Part shown: positions 63,682 to 64,000 of the stretch, piece after piece | Layout of the letters: every line of letters begins with the position of its first letter | Numbering within the stretch: position 1 is the stretch's first letter | DNA from: Lytechinus pictus | Taxonomy: Eukaryota | DNA length: 64,000 nt | Direction of reading: 5' to 3' | Assembly: GCF_037042905.1 (NCBI RefSeq) | Contig: NC_087245.1 | Location: 38,504,001-38,568,000 of the forward strand | Notes under the pieces: model-generated | The model's database searches: none | Told to the model about the DNA's origin: nothing | The model's input: the letters and a program-made list of their open reading frames with translations, nothing else | Translations under genes and position numbers: made by a program

Positions 63682-64000
63682 CTGCAAGGAGAAAAGAATC
63701 AAGACGAGCTTTAAAGCAAATACGAACTAGCAGACTATAGCACCACCTCAGATACTCAACTACTTTACTCTCACCCATAATGCAACATTCTGAGAAGTGA
63801 AGTGTTGCAATATATAGGCCTACTTAAATGATTACAAATTAATTCACACTTAAATATTCCTTCGGCTATATTGAACTTAGATCAGGGGCTCGTATCATAA
63901 AGGACTTGAAACTGTTGTAACTTTGCCATTATGGCAACTACCACGGAAACCTTGATTCTGATTGGCTGCTGAGCCCTGTGACAATGGTAGTTGCCATTAT

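Noticed and set aside
63360..63778. Overlapping ORFs at 63360+, 63454- and 63491-
   Set aside because: These are alternative or antisense frames of the GC-rich PAQR paralogue exon.

Overview
AT-rich, intron-containing animal genomic DNA. The repeat landscape suggests a marine invertebrate, probably a sea urchin; this is inference only. Splicing exons by hand at GT-AG boundaries gives three complete protein-coding genes. (1) FKBP11-type ER peptidyl-prolyl isomerase on the minus strand, 5 exons, 192 aa. (2) PAQR5/6-type membrane progestin receptor on the plus strand, 4 coding exons, 337 aa. (3) CD20/MS4A-like four-TM protein with a C-terminal PPPY motif on the plus strand, 4 coding exons, 202 aa. 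There are also two partial genes: the last exon of a second, convergent PAQR5/6 paralogue at the right edge, and an orphan signal-peptide first exon at about 20.9 kb whose next exon I could not find. The rest is dense with non-autonomous DNA transposons (Harbinger-, hAT-, Kolobok- and Tc1-like MITEs, and Helentron-associated elements), tRNA-derived SINEs, decayed LINE 3' ends, and micro/minisatellites. The most notable oddities are a 136-bp tandem duplication that creates an out-of-phase decoy splice acceptor in the PAQR gene, a ~810-bp palindrome built around a Tc1-like MITE, a tandem-repeat element carrying nuclear-receptor half-site arrays in the PAQR intron, and the PAQR-MS4A-PAQR arrangement. 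I found no CRISPR array, rRNA, functional tRNA or clearly novel multi-gene system.
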